Below, piece by piece: positions 19,656 to 29,605 of a DNA stretch of 64,000 nucleotides. A program made the position numbers and the translations under genes. Every line of letters starts with the position of its first letter. The stretch's first letter is position 1. Origin of the DNA: an uncultured Planctomycetota bacterium (GTDB lineage Bacteria; Planctomycetota; PLA2; JAEUHO01). The stretch spans positions 2,283,333-2,347,332 of the forward strand of contig CAVVXN010000005.1 of NCBI GenBank assembly GCA_963752285.1. Reading direction: 5' to 3'. The notes beneath the pieces are model-generated. The model was not told the origin of the DNA and made no database searches. It was given only the letters and a program-made list of their open reading frames with translations.

Positions 19656-20854
19656 CGACACACGCCCACTACGACCCGGGCGACGCGCGCGCCCGCTACG
19701 GCTGGTCCGACGACGACGAGGCCTGGCGGCGGCGGGCCGAGGACTTCGCGGCCGAGCGTCTGGCCCCCGACGCGACCGCGCGAGACCGCGCCGGCGGGTT
19801 CGACCGCGCGCTGGCCCTCGCACTCGGCGAGGCCGGACTGCTCGGCGCCTCCCTTCCTCGCGCGCGCGGCGGCGGCAGCGCGACGACGGTCGCAGCGTGC
19901 CTCGTGGCCGAGGAGCTCGGCGCGGTGGACGGGAGCGCGCGGGGGTTCCTCGCGGTGCAGGTGGACCTCGTCGCGAGGACGGTCTCCGAGCACGGGACGG
20001 ACGCGCAGCGCGCCACCTGGCTCCCCGGCCTCCTCGACGGCTCGAAGATCGGCGGCTACGCGCTGACCGAGCCCGAAGCGGGGAGCGACGTCGGCGCGAT
20101 CCGCACGAGGGCGACGCCGGACGGCGACGGCGTGGTCATCGACGGCGAGAAGGTATGGATCACGAACGGCGGCGTCGCGGACGTGCTCCTCGTCTTCGCG
20201 AGCGCCGACCCGTCGGCGGGGACCCGCGGTCTCGAGTGCCACCTCGTTCCGGGCGACGCGCCGGGTCTCTCGCGCGCGCCGGTCGGCGGCGAGGCGGTCG
20301 GGCACCGTGCGTCCGACCACGCGCGTCTCGTCTTCGAGGGCGTCCACGTACCGCGCGCGAGCCGCCTCGGCGCCGCTCGCGGCGGGTTCGCCGTGGCGAT
20401 GGGCGCGCTCGCGCACGGACGGCTCCACGTGGCGGCGGGCGCGGTGGGCATCCACCGCGCGTGTCTCGACGTGGCCGTGGACTTCGCGCGGCGCCGACGG
20501 CAGTTCGGCTCCCGGATCGGCGACTTCCAGCAGGTGGGCGCGACGCTCGCCGAGATGGCCACCTCGCTCGAGGCCTCGCGCGCGCTGGTCCTCTCGGCCG
20601 CGCGGCAGGCGGACCTCGGGCTCGAGCACGCCGGCGCGGCGAGCGCGGCGAAGCTCGTGGCGACGGAGGCCGCGCTCGGCGCGGCGACGCGGGCGATCCA
20701 GATCGTGGGCTCGCGCGCCTACACCGACGAGCTTCCCCTCGGTCGGCACTGGCGCGACGCGGTGGCGCTCACGATCTACGAGGGAACGAGCAACGTGCAG
20801 CGGCTGATCCTCGCCCGGCGGCTCCTGGGCAAGGACGAGGAGGCGCGGACGTGA
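19652..20854 (+). CDS. Acyl-CoA dehydrogenase
   Basis: ALTEPEAGSD, GEKVWITNGG, RRQFG, IYEGTSNVQR; GTGA overlap. Confidence 0.92.
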   Translation: MTTHAHYDPGDARARYGWSDDDEAWRRRAEDFAAERLAPDATARDRAGGFDRALALALGEAGLLGASLPRARGGGSATTVAACLVAEELGAVDGSARGFLAVQVDLVARTVSEHGTDAQRATWLPGLLDGSKIGGYALTEPEAGSDVGAIRTRATPDGDGVVIDGEKVWITNGGVADVLLVFASADPSAGTRGLECHLVPGDAPGLSRAPVGGEAVGHRASDHARLVFEGVHVPRASRLGAARGGFAVAMGALAHGRLHVAAGAVGIHRACLDVAVDFARRRRQFGSRIGDFQQVGATLAEMATSLEASRALVLSAARQADLGLEHAGAASAAKLVATEAALGAATRAIQIVGSRAYTDELPLGRHWRDAVALTIYEGTSNVQRLILARRLLGKDEEART

Positions 20855-21267
20855 ACGACCAGGGCCCCTGGCGCAAGATCGACCCGCCGGCGCTGGCGCG
20901 CCCCATCGGCTACGCCCACGCGGTCGAGTCGAGGGGCGGCCGACGCATCTCGATCGCCGGGCAGGTCGCGATGGACCCGTCGGGGCGCGTCGGCTTCCGC
21001 GGCGACCTCGTGGCGCAGGCGCGGTGTGCGTTCGAGAACGTGCGGACGGTCCTCGACGCGGCGGACGCGCGGCCCGAGCACGTCGTTCGCATGCGCGTGT
21101 TCGTCCTCGACGCGAGGGCGTGGGCCGCGAACAGCCGCGCGATCGGCGAGGCGTGGCGCAACACGTTCGGGCGCTGGTTCCCCGCCATGACCCTCGTCCA
21201 GGTCGCGGGCCTCTACGACGAAGGCGCGCTGGTCGAGGTCGAGGCGGAGGCGGTCGTCCCGGACTGA
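20851..21267 (+). CDS. RidA/YjgF family protein
   Basis: GYAHAV, IAGQV, FPAMTLVQVAGL, LVEVEAEAV. Confidence 0.9.
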   Translation: MNDQGPWRKIDPPALARPIGYAHAVESRGGRRISIAGQVAMDPSGRVGFRGDLVAQARCAFENVRTVLDAADARPEHVVRMRVFVLDARAWAANSRAIGEAWRNTFGRWFPAMTLVQVAGLYDEGALVEVEAEAVVPD

Positions 21268-21340
21268 CGCCACGGCCGCGGCGCGCGGCACGCGCCACGC
21301 GGCGGGGGGCCGGCTGCGGGGGGTCGGGTACCCTCGGGGG

Positions 21341-23311
21341 ATGCCTCTCGTCGCGGCCCACCGGATCTCGATGCACCATGGCGGGCCGCTGCTCTTCGGC
21401 GACGTGAGCCTGGCCGTCGAACCCGGCGCGCGAATCGGGCTCGTCGGGCGGAACGGCGCGGGCAAGTCCACGCTGCTGAAGATCCTCGCCGGTCTCTCGC
21501 CCCCGACCGCGGGCACGGTCACGGTGCCGAGCGGCGTCCGCGTGGCGTACCAGGCGCAGGAGCTCGACATCCCGCCTCAGACGACGGTCAAGTCCGCGAT
21601 GCGCGCCGTCCTGGAGGACCGGCTCCGCGCGGCCGAGCGTCTCGTCGAGACCGCGCGGGCGATCGCGGACGCCGGCGACGAGAGGGCCCGCGAGAAGCTG
21701 CTCGGCGCCTACGCCCGCCTCGAAGAGGCCGAGGCGCGCTCGGGCTTCCTCGACTGGGAGCGACGGATCGAGACCCTCCTCGACCACTTGGGCCTCCCCG
21801 AGACGACGTGGGAGACCCCCGTCGGCGCCTTCTCGGGCGGCGAACGCAACGTGATCGGGCTCGCGCGCGTGCTCCTGGCCGAGCCCGACGTCATGCTTCT
21901 CGACGAGCCGTCGAACCACCTCGACATGGACGGCGTCGAGTGGTTCGTAGACTGGCTGCGTCGCGCGCGGACGGCGTGCGTGATCGTCAGCCACAACCGG
22001 CACCTGCTCGACGTGGCCGTGAACGAGATCTGGGAGCTCGAGTCGCGGACGGTCAAGCGCTGGCCGGGCTCGTACTCGGACTACCAGCGCCAGAAGGCGG
22101 AGGCCCTCCTCCGCCAGGAGCGCCAGTACAAGGCCCAGCAGCGCTGGATCGCGCGCATCGAGTTCCAGGCGCGGCGCCTGATGGACATGGCGAACGCGTA
22201 CGACGACCCCGGACAGGCGAAGCGCGCGAAGTCGATGCTGAAACGCCTCGATCGCGTGGAGCGGATCGAGCCGCCGCCGGGGGAACGGCCCCGGCTCCGT
22301 GGCTCCCTCGCCGGCGCGCCCCGACACGGTCGGATCGCGCTCCAGGTCCGCGACTTCTCGTACCAGATCGGGGACCGCGTGCTCTTCGACCACGCGCACC
22401 TCGAGATCGAGTACGGCGAACGTGTGTGCCTCGTCGGGCCGAACGGGAGCGGGAAGTCCACGCTCTTCCACGAGATCGTGAACCACGGCGACTGGGAGAA
22501 CCCGACGATCCGCCTCGGGCGTTCCGTGCGCCTCGGCGAGTACCGTCAGCTCTTCGACGACCTCGACCCCGGCGCGACGCTCCTCGGCTGGGCCGCGGGC
22601 CTCACGCGCGGCCGCGAGCGCGAGGCGTCGGACCTGCTCCACCGGTTCCTGTTCACCCGCGAGGACCTGGACCGGCCCATCGGGACCCTGTCCGGCGGCG
22701 AGAAGAGCCGACTCGAGCTCGCGCGGCTCGTCCACGCGAAGGTGAACCTGCTCCTCCTCGACGAGCCCACGAACCACCTGGACATCGCCTCGGCGGAGGT
22801 GCTCGAGGAGATGCTCCAGGAGTTCGAGGGCACGCTCTTCGTGATCAGCCACGACCGCTACTTCCTCGATCGCCTCGTGGACCGGGTGGTCGAGGTGGAA
22901 GGCGGTCGGCTCGTGGACCGCCCCGGCCCCTTCGCCGCCTGGTGGCAGGCCCGGAGCGGACACGCGCGACGGCGGGCCCTCGAGGACCGTCGCGAGGGCC
23001 GGGACAAGCAGGAGGCCCGCGAGGCCTTCGAGGCCCGGAAGGAGGCCCGTCGCGCCCGCGACCGGCACCGAAGTCGCGTCGAGCGCCTGGAGGACGAGAT
23101 CGCCGCCCTGGAGCGGGCGCAGGCCGAGCTCCAGCGGGCGTTCGAGGACGTCTGGCAGGAGGGCCGGCCCCGGGAGGAGGGGGCCGAGATCGAGCGCCGG
23201 ATCGCGGCGGGCAAGGACCGGCTCGAGGCGCTCTACGAGCGGTGGGCCGTGGTCACGGAGGCGGCGCCCGACCCCCGGGGCGACGCCCCCGGCGGGTCGT
23301 CGGGGGCCTGA
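21341..23311 (+). CDS. ABC-F family ATPase (ribosome-associated)
   Basis: Two ABC cassettes (GRNGAGKS/FSGGE/DEPSNHLD and GPNGSGKS/LSGGE/DEPTNHLD), no TM segments, C-terminal coiled coil. Confidence 0.93.
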   Translation: MPLVAAHRISMHHGGPLLFGDVSLAVEPGARIGLVGRNGAGKSTLLKILAGLSPPTAGTVTVPSGVRVAYQAQELDIPPQTTVKSAMRAVLEDRLRAAERLVETARAIADAGDERAREKLLGAYARLEEAEARSGFLDWERRIETLLDHLGLPETTWETPVGAFSGGERNVIGLARVLLAEPDVMLLDEPSNHLDMDGVEWFVDWLRRARTACVIVSHNRHLLDVAVNEIWELESRTVKRWPGSYSDYQRQKAEALLRQERQYKAQQRWIARIEFQARRLMDMANAYDDPGQAKRAKSMLKRLDRVERIEPPPGERPRLRGSLAGAPRHGRIALQVRDFSYQIGDRVLFDHAHLEIEYGERVCLVGPNGSGKSTLFHEIVNHGDWENPTIRLGRSVRLGEYRQLFDDLDPGATLLGWAAGLTRGREREASDLLHRFLFTREDLDRPIGTLSGGEKSRLELARLVHAKVNLLLLDEPTNHLDIASAEVLEEMLQEFEGTLFVISHDRYFLDRLVDRVVEVEGGRLVDRPGPFAAWWQARSGHARRRALEDRREGRDKQEAREAFEARKEARRARDRHRSRVERLEDEIAALERAQAELQRAFEDVWQEGRPREEGAEIERRIAAGKDRLEALYERWAVVTEAAPDPRGDAPGGSSGA

Positions 23312-23407
23312 GCCGGCGCCCGGCGCAAGTTCGCGCCGGCCCTGGTCGAAAGGGACCTGCCCGAGCCGCCCTCGCCCCAGGCCAGGGGTCGGCCGGCCGG
23401 GGAACCC

Positions 23408-25369
23408 ATGCCCGCGCCCGACCTCCGATCGTCCGCCGGACCCGACCTCGTGATCCGCCTCGCGGAACGGTGGGCGGACTTCACCAAGGCGTGCGCGATC
23501 TACCCCGACGCGAACACGCGGGTGCGACGGGCGCTCGACGAGATGATCGAGGCCCTCCCCGCCGCCTACGGCGAGGTTCGAGCCGGTCACGGGCTCGAGA
23601 TCTGCTTCTCCGCCACGGAGGTCCACGTCGCGGGCCGGGTCGTCCCGTTCGCGCGAGGCTCGAACCTGGAGTGGCTCGCGGACCGCCTGCACCGGGCCGC
23701 GCTCGCGGGCGTCGAGCTGAAGGACGGGGCCACGCTCGACTCGGTGCTGCGGTTCACGAAGCGGCTGCTCGCAATCTACACGCTACAGGACGTAGAACGC
23801 ACCTTCGACGCGCTCTGGCCGGATGCGACGGACTTCGAGGGCCTCCGCCTCGTGGACCGCCGTTTCGCGGGGACGTTCGGCGAGCGTCACGAGGACGACG
23901 AGCGCCCCGTGTCGTGGGGCGAGAGCGGGCTCGTGGACCTCTCGAGCGAACGCCCGATCGCCTCCGCCCTCAGCGCGAGCCCGCGCGTCGCCGCGGCGCT
24001 GGCGCGCCTCCAGTCGCTGCTCGACGCGTCCCACGGGGGCACGGAGGAGGTCACCGAGGTCGAGGTGCTCGCACGCCTCCTCCGGCAGATGCCGCGCGAC
24101 GTGATGCACGAGCCCCGGATGGTGGTCCGTCTCGTCGAGCAGACGCTCGACCAACTCGCGGCGCGCCTCGAGGACGGCGTGAGCGCGGGCGCGTGCGAGC
24201 TGCCGGGCGACGCCGACATGGTCGCGCTCATGTTCGAGGCCAGCCAGGGCCTGCTCGGGCGCGCGAACGACGCGCCGACCCTCCTGCCGGAGATCGACCG
24301 GTACGAGGACCTCGTCTTCGACGAGGCGGATCCGCCCGCGACGGGCGGCGCGTCGTCGCGGGACCGCGACCGCGACGTCCAGGACGATCCCGGCGCGTTC
24401 TGGGCGGACGTCTCCCAGCTCCCCGAGGCGTTCAAGGCCCCCTTGACGCGGACCACGATCGGCAGCGACGGGGAACAGAGCGGGGTCTTCCTCCACTTCC
24501 TGGCGGACGCCGCGGCGACGGAGCTCCATCCGTTCGCCAGGACCGCCCTCGCGCGACTGCTCGCCCGGCCCTCCGAGCAGAGTGTGAGCGTCCTCGCGTC
24601 GTATCTGCGACCCGATCCGGGTGGGGACCGGTCGCGGTGGGAAGCTCGGTACGAGCGCCTGGTGGCGTTCCTGCGCGAGTCCCGACTCGCCGGGATCCTT
24701 CGGCGGTGCGACATCCTGACCCCCCAGGACGTACGCTTGGACTTCCCGCGCGACTTCGGTCTCTACATCGACGCGATCGAGCCGAGCTCGGCTCCCGACC
24801 TCGCGGAGCTCGCGGGGGTGGTCGCGAGCGTGGGACGCTCCCAGGTCCTGGCCGCGCGCGACGTGCTCGTGGAGCAGGAGGGGATTCTCGACCCCCGCCG
24901 CGTGGAGCGCATCGTCGCCAGCCCGAGCGAGGCGATGCTGCCGCTCCTCCGGATCCTGATCGACCGCGGAGACCCCGAGACGCGCCGCCGCGCCGTCGCC
25001 GCGCTGAAAAAGCTCCAGGCCGAGGCCGCGGGCGCGTGCCTGCTCTTCGTCGTGGACCAGCCCGAGCTCCTACCTAGAGACTACCTCCTCGCGTTGACCG
25101 ACGTGCCGCCCGGCGCGGACGACCCCGGACGGTTCCGCATCCGGGTGGCCCAGACGCTCGCGCAGTACCTCGACGCCACGGCCGGGGACACGGCCCGCAC
25201 GTCCCGTCGTCTGTACGCGATCCAGCACCTGAGGCGCTACATGACCTCCGACGCGCGCGCCGCCCTGGAACGGATCCTCGGCCGGCGGCGTTGGTTCGTG
25301 CTCCCGAGCGAGCCGAAGGCCGTCCGGGAGGCGGCCCACGCCGCGCTCCGCGACACCAAGGCCCTCTGA
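23408..25369 (+). CDS. Large hypothetical protein; N-terminal module shared with the downstream HD-GYP protein, helical/HEAT-like C-terminus
   Basis: 653-aa ORF with protein-like composition, ending 11 nt before the HD-GYP gene. Confidence 0.75.
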   Translation: MPAPDLRSSAGPDLVIRLAERWADFTKACAIYPDANTRVRRALDEMIEALPAAYGEVRAGHGLEICFSATEVHVAGRVVPFARGSNLEWLADRLHRAALAGVELKDGATLDSVLRFTKRLLAIYTLQDVERTFDALWPDATDFEGLRLVDRRFAGTFGERHEDDERPVSWGESGLVDLSSERPIASALSASPRVAAALARLQSLLDASHGGTEEVTEVEVLARLLRQMPRDVMHEPRMVVRLVEQTLDQLAARLEDGVSAGACELPGDADMVALMFEASQGLLGRANDAPTLLPEIDRYEDLVFDEADPPATGGASSRDRDRDVQDDPGAFWADVSQLPEAFKAPLTRTTIGSDGEQSGVFLHFLADAAATELHPFARTALARLLARPSEQSVSVLASYLRPDPGGDRSRWEARYERLVAFLRESRLAGILRRCDILTPQDVRLDFPRDFGLYIDAIEPSSAPDLAELAGVVASVGRSQVLAARDVLVEQEGILDPRRVERIVASPSEAMLPLLRILIDRGDPETRRRAVAALKKLQAEAAGACLLFVVDQPELLPRDYLLALTDVPPGADDPGRFRIRVAQTLAQYLDATAGDTARTSRRLYAIQHLRRYMTSDARAALERILGRRRWFVLPSEPKAVREAAHAALRDTKAL

Positions 25370-25380
25370 GGAGGATCGGG

Positions 25381-26814
25381 ATGTGCCAGCAACCCGTCGC
25401 CGATCCGCACCTCGATGGCACGCCGCAGACCCCGGCGGACCTCGCCGACGACGTCTGCCTGGTCCTGAACCACGCGCGGTTCTACGGCCCCGCGCACCGG
25501 AGCGTCGAGGACGCCGTCCAAAGGGCCGTGCGCACGGCCCGGGCGGTGACCGCCGGCCGCCCGCTCGAGCTCGGCTACGCCGACGCGTGCCTCTTCGTGG
25601 ACGAGCGCCCCATGCTCGACGCGACCCGAGCGGCCGCACGCCTGCGCCCCCTCCTCGAAGCGGTCGGCTCGGGTGGGCTCTCGATCGGACCGGGGACCGC
25701 GGCCCAGGACCTCCTGGCGCTCGTGAGCGTCGCCTCGCGCCGCGACCTCTCCGACCTCGACGTCGTGTCGGCCAACGAGGCCCTCGCGGCGGAGGGGGCG
25801 ACGGAGATCCGGTTCCTCGGGCCGTACGGGCTCGGCCGGGACGGCGGCGACGCGCGACACGGCGACGCGGACGCCCGCGGGCCCGACGGCGACGCCGCCG
25901 GCAGCATCTTCGTTCCGGAGCGCCTGTACGACACCCTGTTCGACCACCTGACCGACGTGATGACGAGGCTCCTTCGCGGAGACCTCTTCATGCTCGACGA
26001 CACGAGAGGATGCGTCGAGACGCTCCTGAAACGCCTCAACCAGAACGCCTCGCAGGTGATGCAGGTGGTGGACCGGACCAACACGCGTTCGGACGTGTTC
26101 CAGTTCCGCCACTTCATCCGCGTCGCGTGCCTCGCCCTCAACTTCGCCCGCGCGCTCACGGACGACCGCGACGCGCTCGTCCGGATCGGGACCGCGGCAC
26201 TCCTCCACGACGTCGGAAAGCGGGACGTGCCGGAGAGCGTGCTCACGCACCACGGCCGGCTCGAGGGCGAGATGCTCGAGCAGATGCAGCGCCACCCGGT
26301 CTATGGCGCGCAGATCCTGATGCAGATCCCCGACACCGACCCGCTCGCCATCGCGATCGCCTTCGGTCACCACCGCGAGCTCGGCGAGGGGGGCTATCCC
26401 TCGACGCTGCACCGCGCGGCGCTCTCCCCCGCGACGCGCATCGTGAAGCTCTGCGACGTCTACGAGGCGCTCACGGCGGAGCGTCCGTACAAGGACCCGA
26501 TGCCCCCCCGCCGCGCATACCGGGTGATGATGTCGATGGGGCAGCACTTCGACCGCGCGCTGCTCCACCGGTTCATCCTCGAGAACGGGATCTGGCCGGT
26601 GGGGAGCGTGGTCCGCTTCGAGTCCGGGGCGAGTGCGCGCGTCGTGGAACAGACCGACCGGCTCGCCCAGCCGGTCGTGCTGGTCGCCGGCGAAGAGGAG
26701 ACCATGGACCTCCGCCGGCCCGAGGCACGGGCCCTCGGCGAGATCACGGGTTTCACGCCGACGTCCGACCCGATCCGGATCCGACGCCAGGCGCCCTCCC
26801 CCGCGAACGCGTGA
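25381..26814 (+). CDS. HD-GYP domain protein (putative cyclic-dinucleotide phosphodiesterase)
   Basis: HFIRV, LLHDVGK, HPVYG, HHRELGEGGYP, DVYEALTAERPYK. Confidence 0.88.
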   Translation: MCQQPVADPHLDGTPQTPADLADDVCLVLNHARFYGPAHRSVEDAVQRAVRTARAVTAGRPLELGYADACLFVDERPMLDATRAAARLRPLLEAVGSGGLSIGPGTAAQDLLALVSVASRRDLSDLDVVSANEALAAEGATEIRFLGPYGLGRDGGDARHGDADARGPDGDAAGSIFVPERLYDTLFDHLTDVMTRLLRGDLFMLDDTRGCVETLLKRLNQNASQVMQVVDRTNTRSDVFQFRHFIRVACLALNFARALTDDRDALVRIGTAALLHDVGKRDVPESVLTHHGRLEGEMLEQMQRHPVYGAQILMQIPDTDPLAIAIAFGHHRELGEGGYPSTLHRAALSPATRIVKLCDVYEALTAERPYKDPMPPRRAYRVMMSMGQHFDRALLHRFILENGIWPVGSVVRFESGASARVVEQTDRLAQPVVLVAGEEETMDLRRPEARALGEITGFTPTSDPIRIRRQAPSPANA

Positions 26815-26901
26815 GCCGGTCCGCGGCCGCCCGCGGCGGGCCTCGTCGCGCGAAGGCTTCGTCGAGACGCTGGTTCGTCGAGACGTTCGTCCGTCGAGAC
26901 G

Positions 26902-27498
26902 TCAGTTCGTCGAGATCAGGTGGACCTGGAAGACGAGGGTGGACCCCGGGGGGATGAGATCGCCCGGCGGATGGTCGCCGTAGGCGAGCTCCGGCGGGAT
27001 CACGAACACGTAGGTGGCACCTTCCCGCATCAGCTGGAGCCCCTCGGTCCAGCCGCGGATCACGCCGCCCAAGGGGAACGAAATCGGCTGTCCCCGGCGG
27101 TAGGACGAGTCGAAGAGCGTGCCGTCGGTGAGCCAGCCGCTGTAGTGGACGGTCACGTTGGCGTTCGGACCGGACGGCCTCTTCCCCGTGCCCTCCTGGA
27201 GCGCCTCGTAGCGGAGACCGGAGGGGGTGGTCCTCAAGTCGGCGGGGTCGGGACGCGGGAACGCGGGCTGGCCCGTCCCCGACGCCGCGGGCGGCGCGCC
27301 GGCGCCCGGGTGGGCCGGGTTCGCCGCCGGGTTCGCGGTCGGGCTCGAAGCGGAGGACGCCGTGGGGCTCGTCCCGGCACGCGACGACGACGGCGTGGTG
27401 CCGTTCGAGGACGGCGGCTCGGCGACGTCCCGGTCTCCGCACGCGGCGAGGAGCGCGGCCAGGGTCGCGAGGAGGAGGAAGGGCAGAAGGGTTCGCAT
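26902..27498 (-). CDS. FKBP-type peptidyl-prolyl isomerase lipoprotein
   Basis: Lipobox LAAC; VTVHYSGWLTDGTLFDSS, VIRGWTEGL, IPPELAYG. Confidence 0.93.
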   Translation of the reverse strand: MRTLLPFLLLATLAALLAACGDRDVAEPPSSNGTTPSSSRAGTSPTASSASSPTANPAANPAHPGAGAPPAASGTGQPAFPRPDPADLRTTPSGLRYEALQEGTGKRPSGPNANVTVHYSGWLTDGTLFDSSYRRGQPISFPLGGVIRGWTEGLQLMREGATYVFVIPPELAYGDHPPGDLIPPGSTLVFQVHLISTN

Positions 27499-27535
27499 GC
27501 GGTCGGAGGATACCCGCCGGTCCGGCCGAGTTGCG

Positions 27536-28615
27536 TCAAGGGGCGCGAGACGGCCGGACCAGCCGGTACAGGCGACTCCGAAGCGTCGGGACGTACGCCT
27601 CGACGTTGACGAGAGTCCGCGCGTCGTCGGCCCAGCGGTCCTTGTACGCGTCCTCGCCCGAGAGGAAGTCGTACTCCGCGTACCCGTGCTCGATCCCCCA
27701 CCGAAGGGTCGCGGCCGTCGCGAGCGTCCCCGGACGCAGCGCCCCGAACGCGGGATCCCATCCGCCCTGGAAGCACCAGACGCGCCCGCCGTGGAGGAAG
27801 TCGTAGCGCGCCGCGACGTCCTCGCCGTTCGAGCGGAGGACCAGGAGGAGGAGCGCGTCCTCGGCGAGCAGCCGCGGCGCGAGCGCACGGTGGAAGCGCA
27901 GGTAGTCCCCGGTCCGAAAGCTCCCCCGGCCCTCCCCAAAGCGCCGGCGGTGGAGCCGGACCAGCACGTCCATCGCGTCGTCGAGCCCGATGTCCTCGCC
28001 CGCGCGGAGCACCTCTACGGGACCGCGCGCTGCGAGGTCGCGCTCGGCGCGGCGCACCTGCTGGCGGAGGCTCCGGCCGCGCGAGGCGAGGAGCCGCTCG
28101 TAGGTCTCGGGGAGCCGCACGTAGGGGCTCCGCTGGGCGCCCGTTCGCCGGGGGTCGAGCCCGGCTTCCACGAGCGTCCGTTCGAGGTGGGGCAACACGG
28201 GCGAGTCGGCCCGCACGCGCTCGAGGAGGAGAACGTCGAACCGGTGGCCGGCCTCCGCGATCGCCGCCCGGACGAGCGCCGGCACGACATCGGCCTCGCG
28301 ACCGCGCTCGACCAGGAGGTCCAGGTGCTCGGCGAGCGTGTCGGCACGCTGGCCCAACAGCATCAGGTGGCGGAGACGACCGCGCAGGCGACCGGGGCCG
28401 GGTCCGACCACGAACGGCGCGACGCCGACGAGACGGCCCGCTTCGTCGCGCGCGGCGAGACCGCGCCACGTGAACCGCGGGCCGAAGACCGGCCACCACG
28501 TCTCGACCCAGGCGCGCGATAGGAACACGCTCGAGGCCGCGCTCCGGTCGAGGAGCGCGTCCCAGTCGGGGTCCGGCGCGCTCGGCTCGGGCAGCGGCTC
28601 GACGCGGATGCTCAC
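27536..28615 (-). CDS. GNAT-family protein, CelD/BcsL-like
   Basis: WDALL...VFLSRAWVETWW, LVGVAPF, LRPGTL, YDFLSGEDAYKDRWA. Confidence 0.85.
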   Translation of the reverse strand: MSIRVEPLPEPSAPDPDWDALLDRSAASSVFLSRAWVETWWPVFGPRFTWRGLAARDEAGRLVGVAPFVVGPGPGRLRGRLRHLMLLGQRADTLAEHLDLLVERGREADVVPALVRAAIAEAGHRFDVLLLERVRADSPVLPHLERTLVEAGLDPRRTGAQRSPYVRLPETYERLLASRGRSLRQQVRRAERDLAARGPVEVLRAGEDIGLDDAMDVLVRLHRRRFGEGRGSFRTGDYLRFHRALAPRLLAEDALLLLVLRSNGEDVAARYDFLHGGRVWCFQGGWDPAFGALRPGTLATAATLRWGIEHGYAEYDFLSGEDAYKDRWADDARTLVNVEAYVPTLRSRLYRLVRPSRAP

Positions 28616-29565
28616 GGCCGGTGGCAGCGCCAGGCGAAGGTCGCGAGATCCTCGGCGATGCCCACGCGGGGCAGACCGTGGAGCGGGTCCCCGGGCTCGA
28701 CGAGACCCGCGCGCGTCGTCACCGCGGCTCGGTAGTGCGTCTCCACGAGCGCCTGGACGCGCGCGCTGTGATCGCCGTTCGGGTAGCAGAAGAGGTCCAC
28801 GGGACGATCGAGCCGAGCTTCGAGGGCCCGCCGGCTCCCCACGATCTCCGTCTCGAGCGAGGCGTCGTCGAGCGTCGGGAGGATCGGGTGCGTCGCGCTG
28901 TGCGAGCCCACCGTGAACAGGCCGCCGTCGAGGGCACGCACGTCGTCCCACGTGAGGACGTCGTACCGCGCGTGCTCGTCCGCCGTGGGCTCGAACCCGG
29001 GCGTGGCCTCGCGCACCTTCGCCTCGGCGGCGGCGCGCCGCGCGGGCACCATGCGCTTCATCGCGGCGACGAGATCGGCGGCGCCCGGGCCCTTCGCCCG
29101 CCCGCGCGTGACCCGGAGCGCGAGCGCCTGCCGCGCATCGGGGCCGAGGCGCGCGAGACGCGCGCGGACCTCGTGGTTCCAGAGCCACGCGCCGCGGTCC
29201 ACGAGGCCCGGACACACGAAGAACGTCGCCGGGAGGCCCAGACGCTCGAGGACCGGCGCCGCGACCTCGCGGTGGTTTCGGAGGCCGTCGTCGAACGTGA
29301 GAGCGACCTCGCGTCCGCTCACCGTGCCCGCCCCCTCGAGGCGGCGGACCAGATCGGAGAGCGGCACGACATCGAGCTCGCGCGCGAGGAAGCCCATCTG
29401 TGCGGCGAACGCCTGCTCGGAGACGCGCGAGCCGCCGATGCCATGCATCATCACGATCCGCATCCTGCACAGCCGCCGCGCGCGCCGCGCGGAGACCCCG
29501 CTCCAGAGCGCGAGGTTGTGGAGCGTCCGGACGAGGGGGCGGGCGCGGACCATCACCCCCCCCAT
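28612..29565 (-). CDS. Polysaccharide deacetylase (CE4/NodB-like)
   Basis: MMHG, ALTFDDG, PATFFV, GSHSATHPIL, FCYPNG, LPRV. Confidence 0.9.
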   Translation of the reverse strand: MGGVMVRARPLVRTLHNLALWSGVSARRARRLCRMRIVMMHGIGGSRVSEQAFAAQMGFLARELDVVPLSDLVRRLEGAGTVSGREVALTFDDGLRNHREVAAPVLERLGLPATFFVCPGLVDRGAWLWNHEVRARLARLGPDARQALALRVTRGRAKGPGAADLVAAMKRMVPARRAAAEAKVREATPGFEPTADEHARYDVLTWDDVRALDGGLFTVGSHSATHPILPTLDDASLETEIVGSRRALEARLDRPVDLFCYPNGDHSARVQALVETHYRAAVTTRAGLVEPGDPLHGLPRVGIAEDLATFAWRCHRP

Positions 29566-29605
29566 CGGCCGGCGGCCCCGCGCTCCGAAAGCGGCGAACG
29601 GGCGT

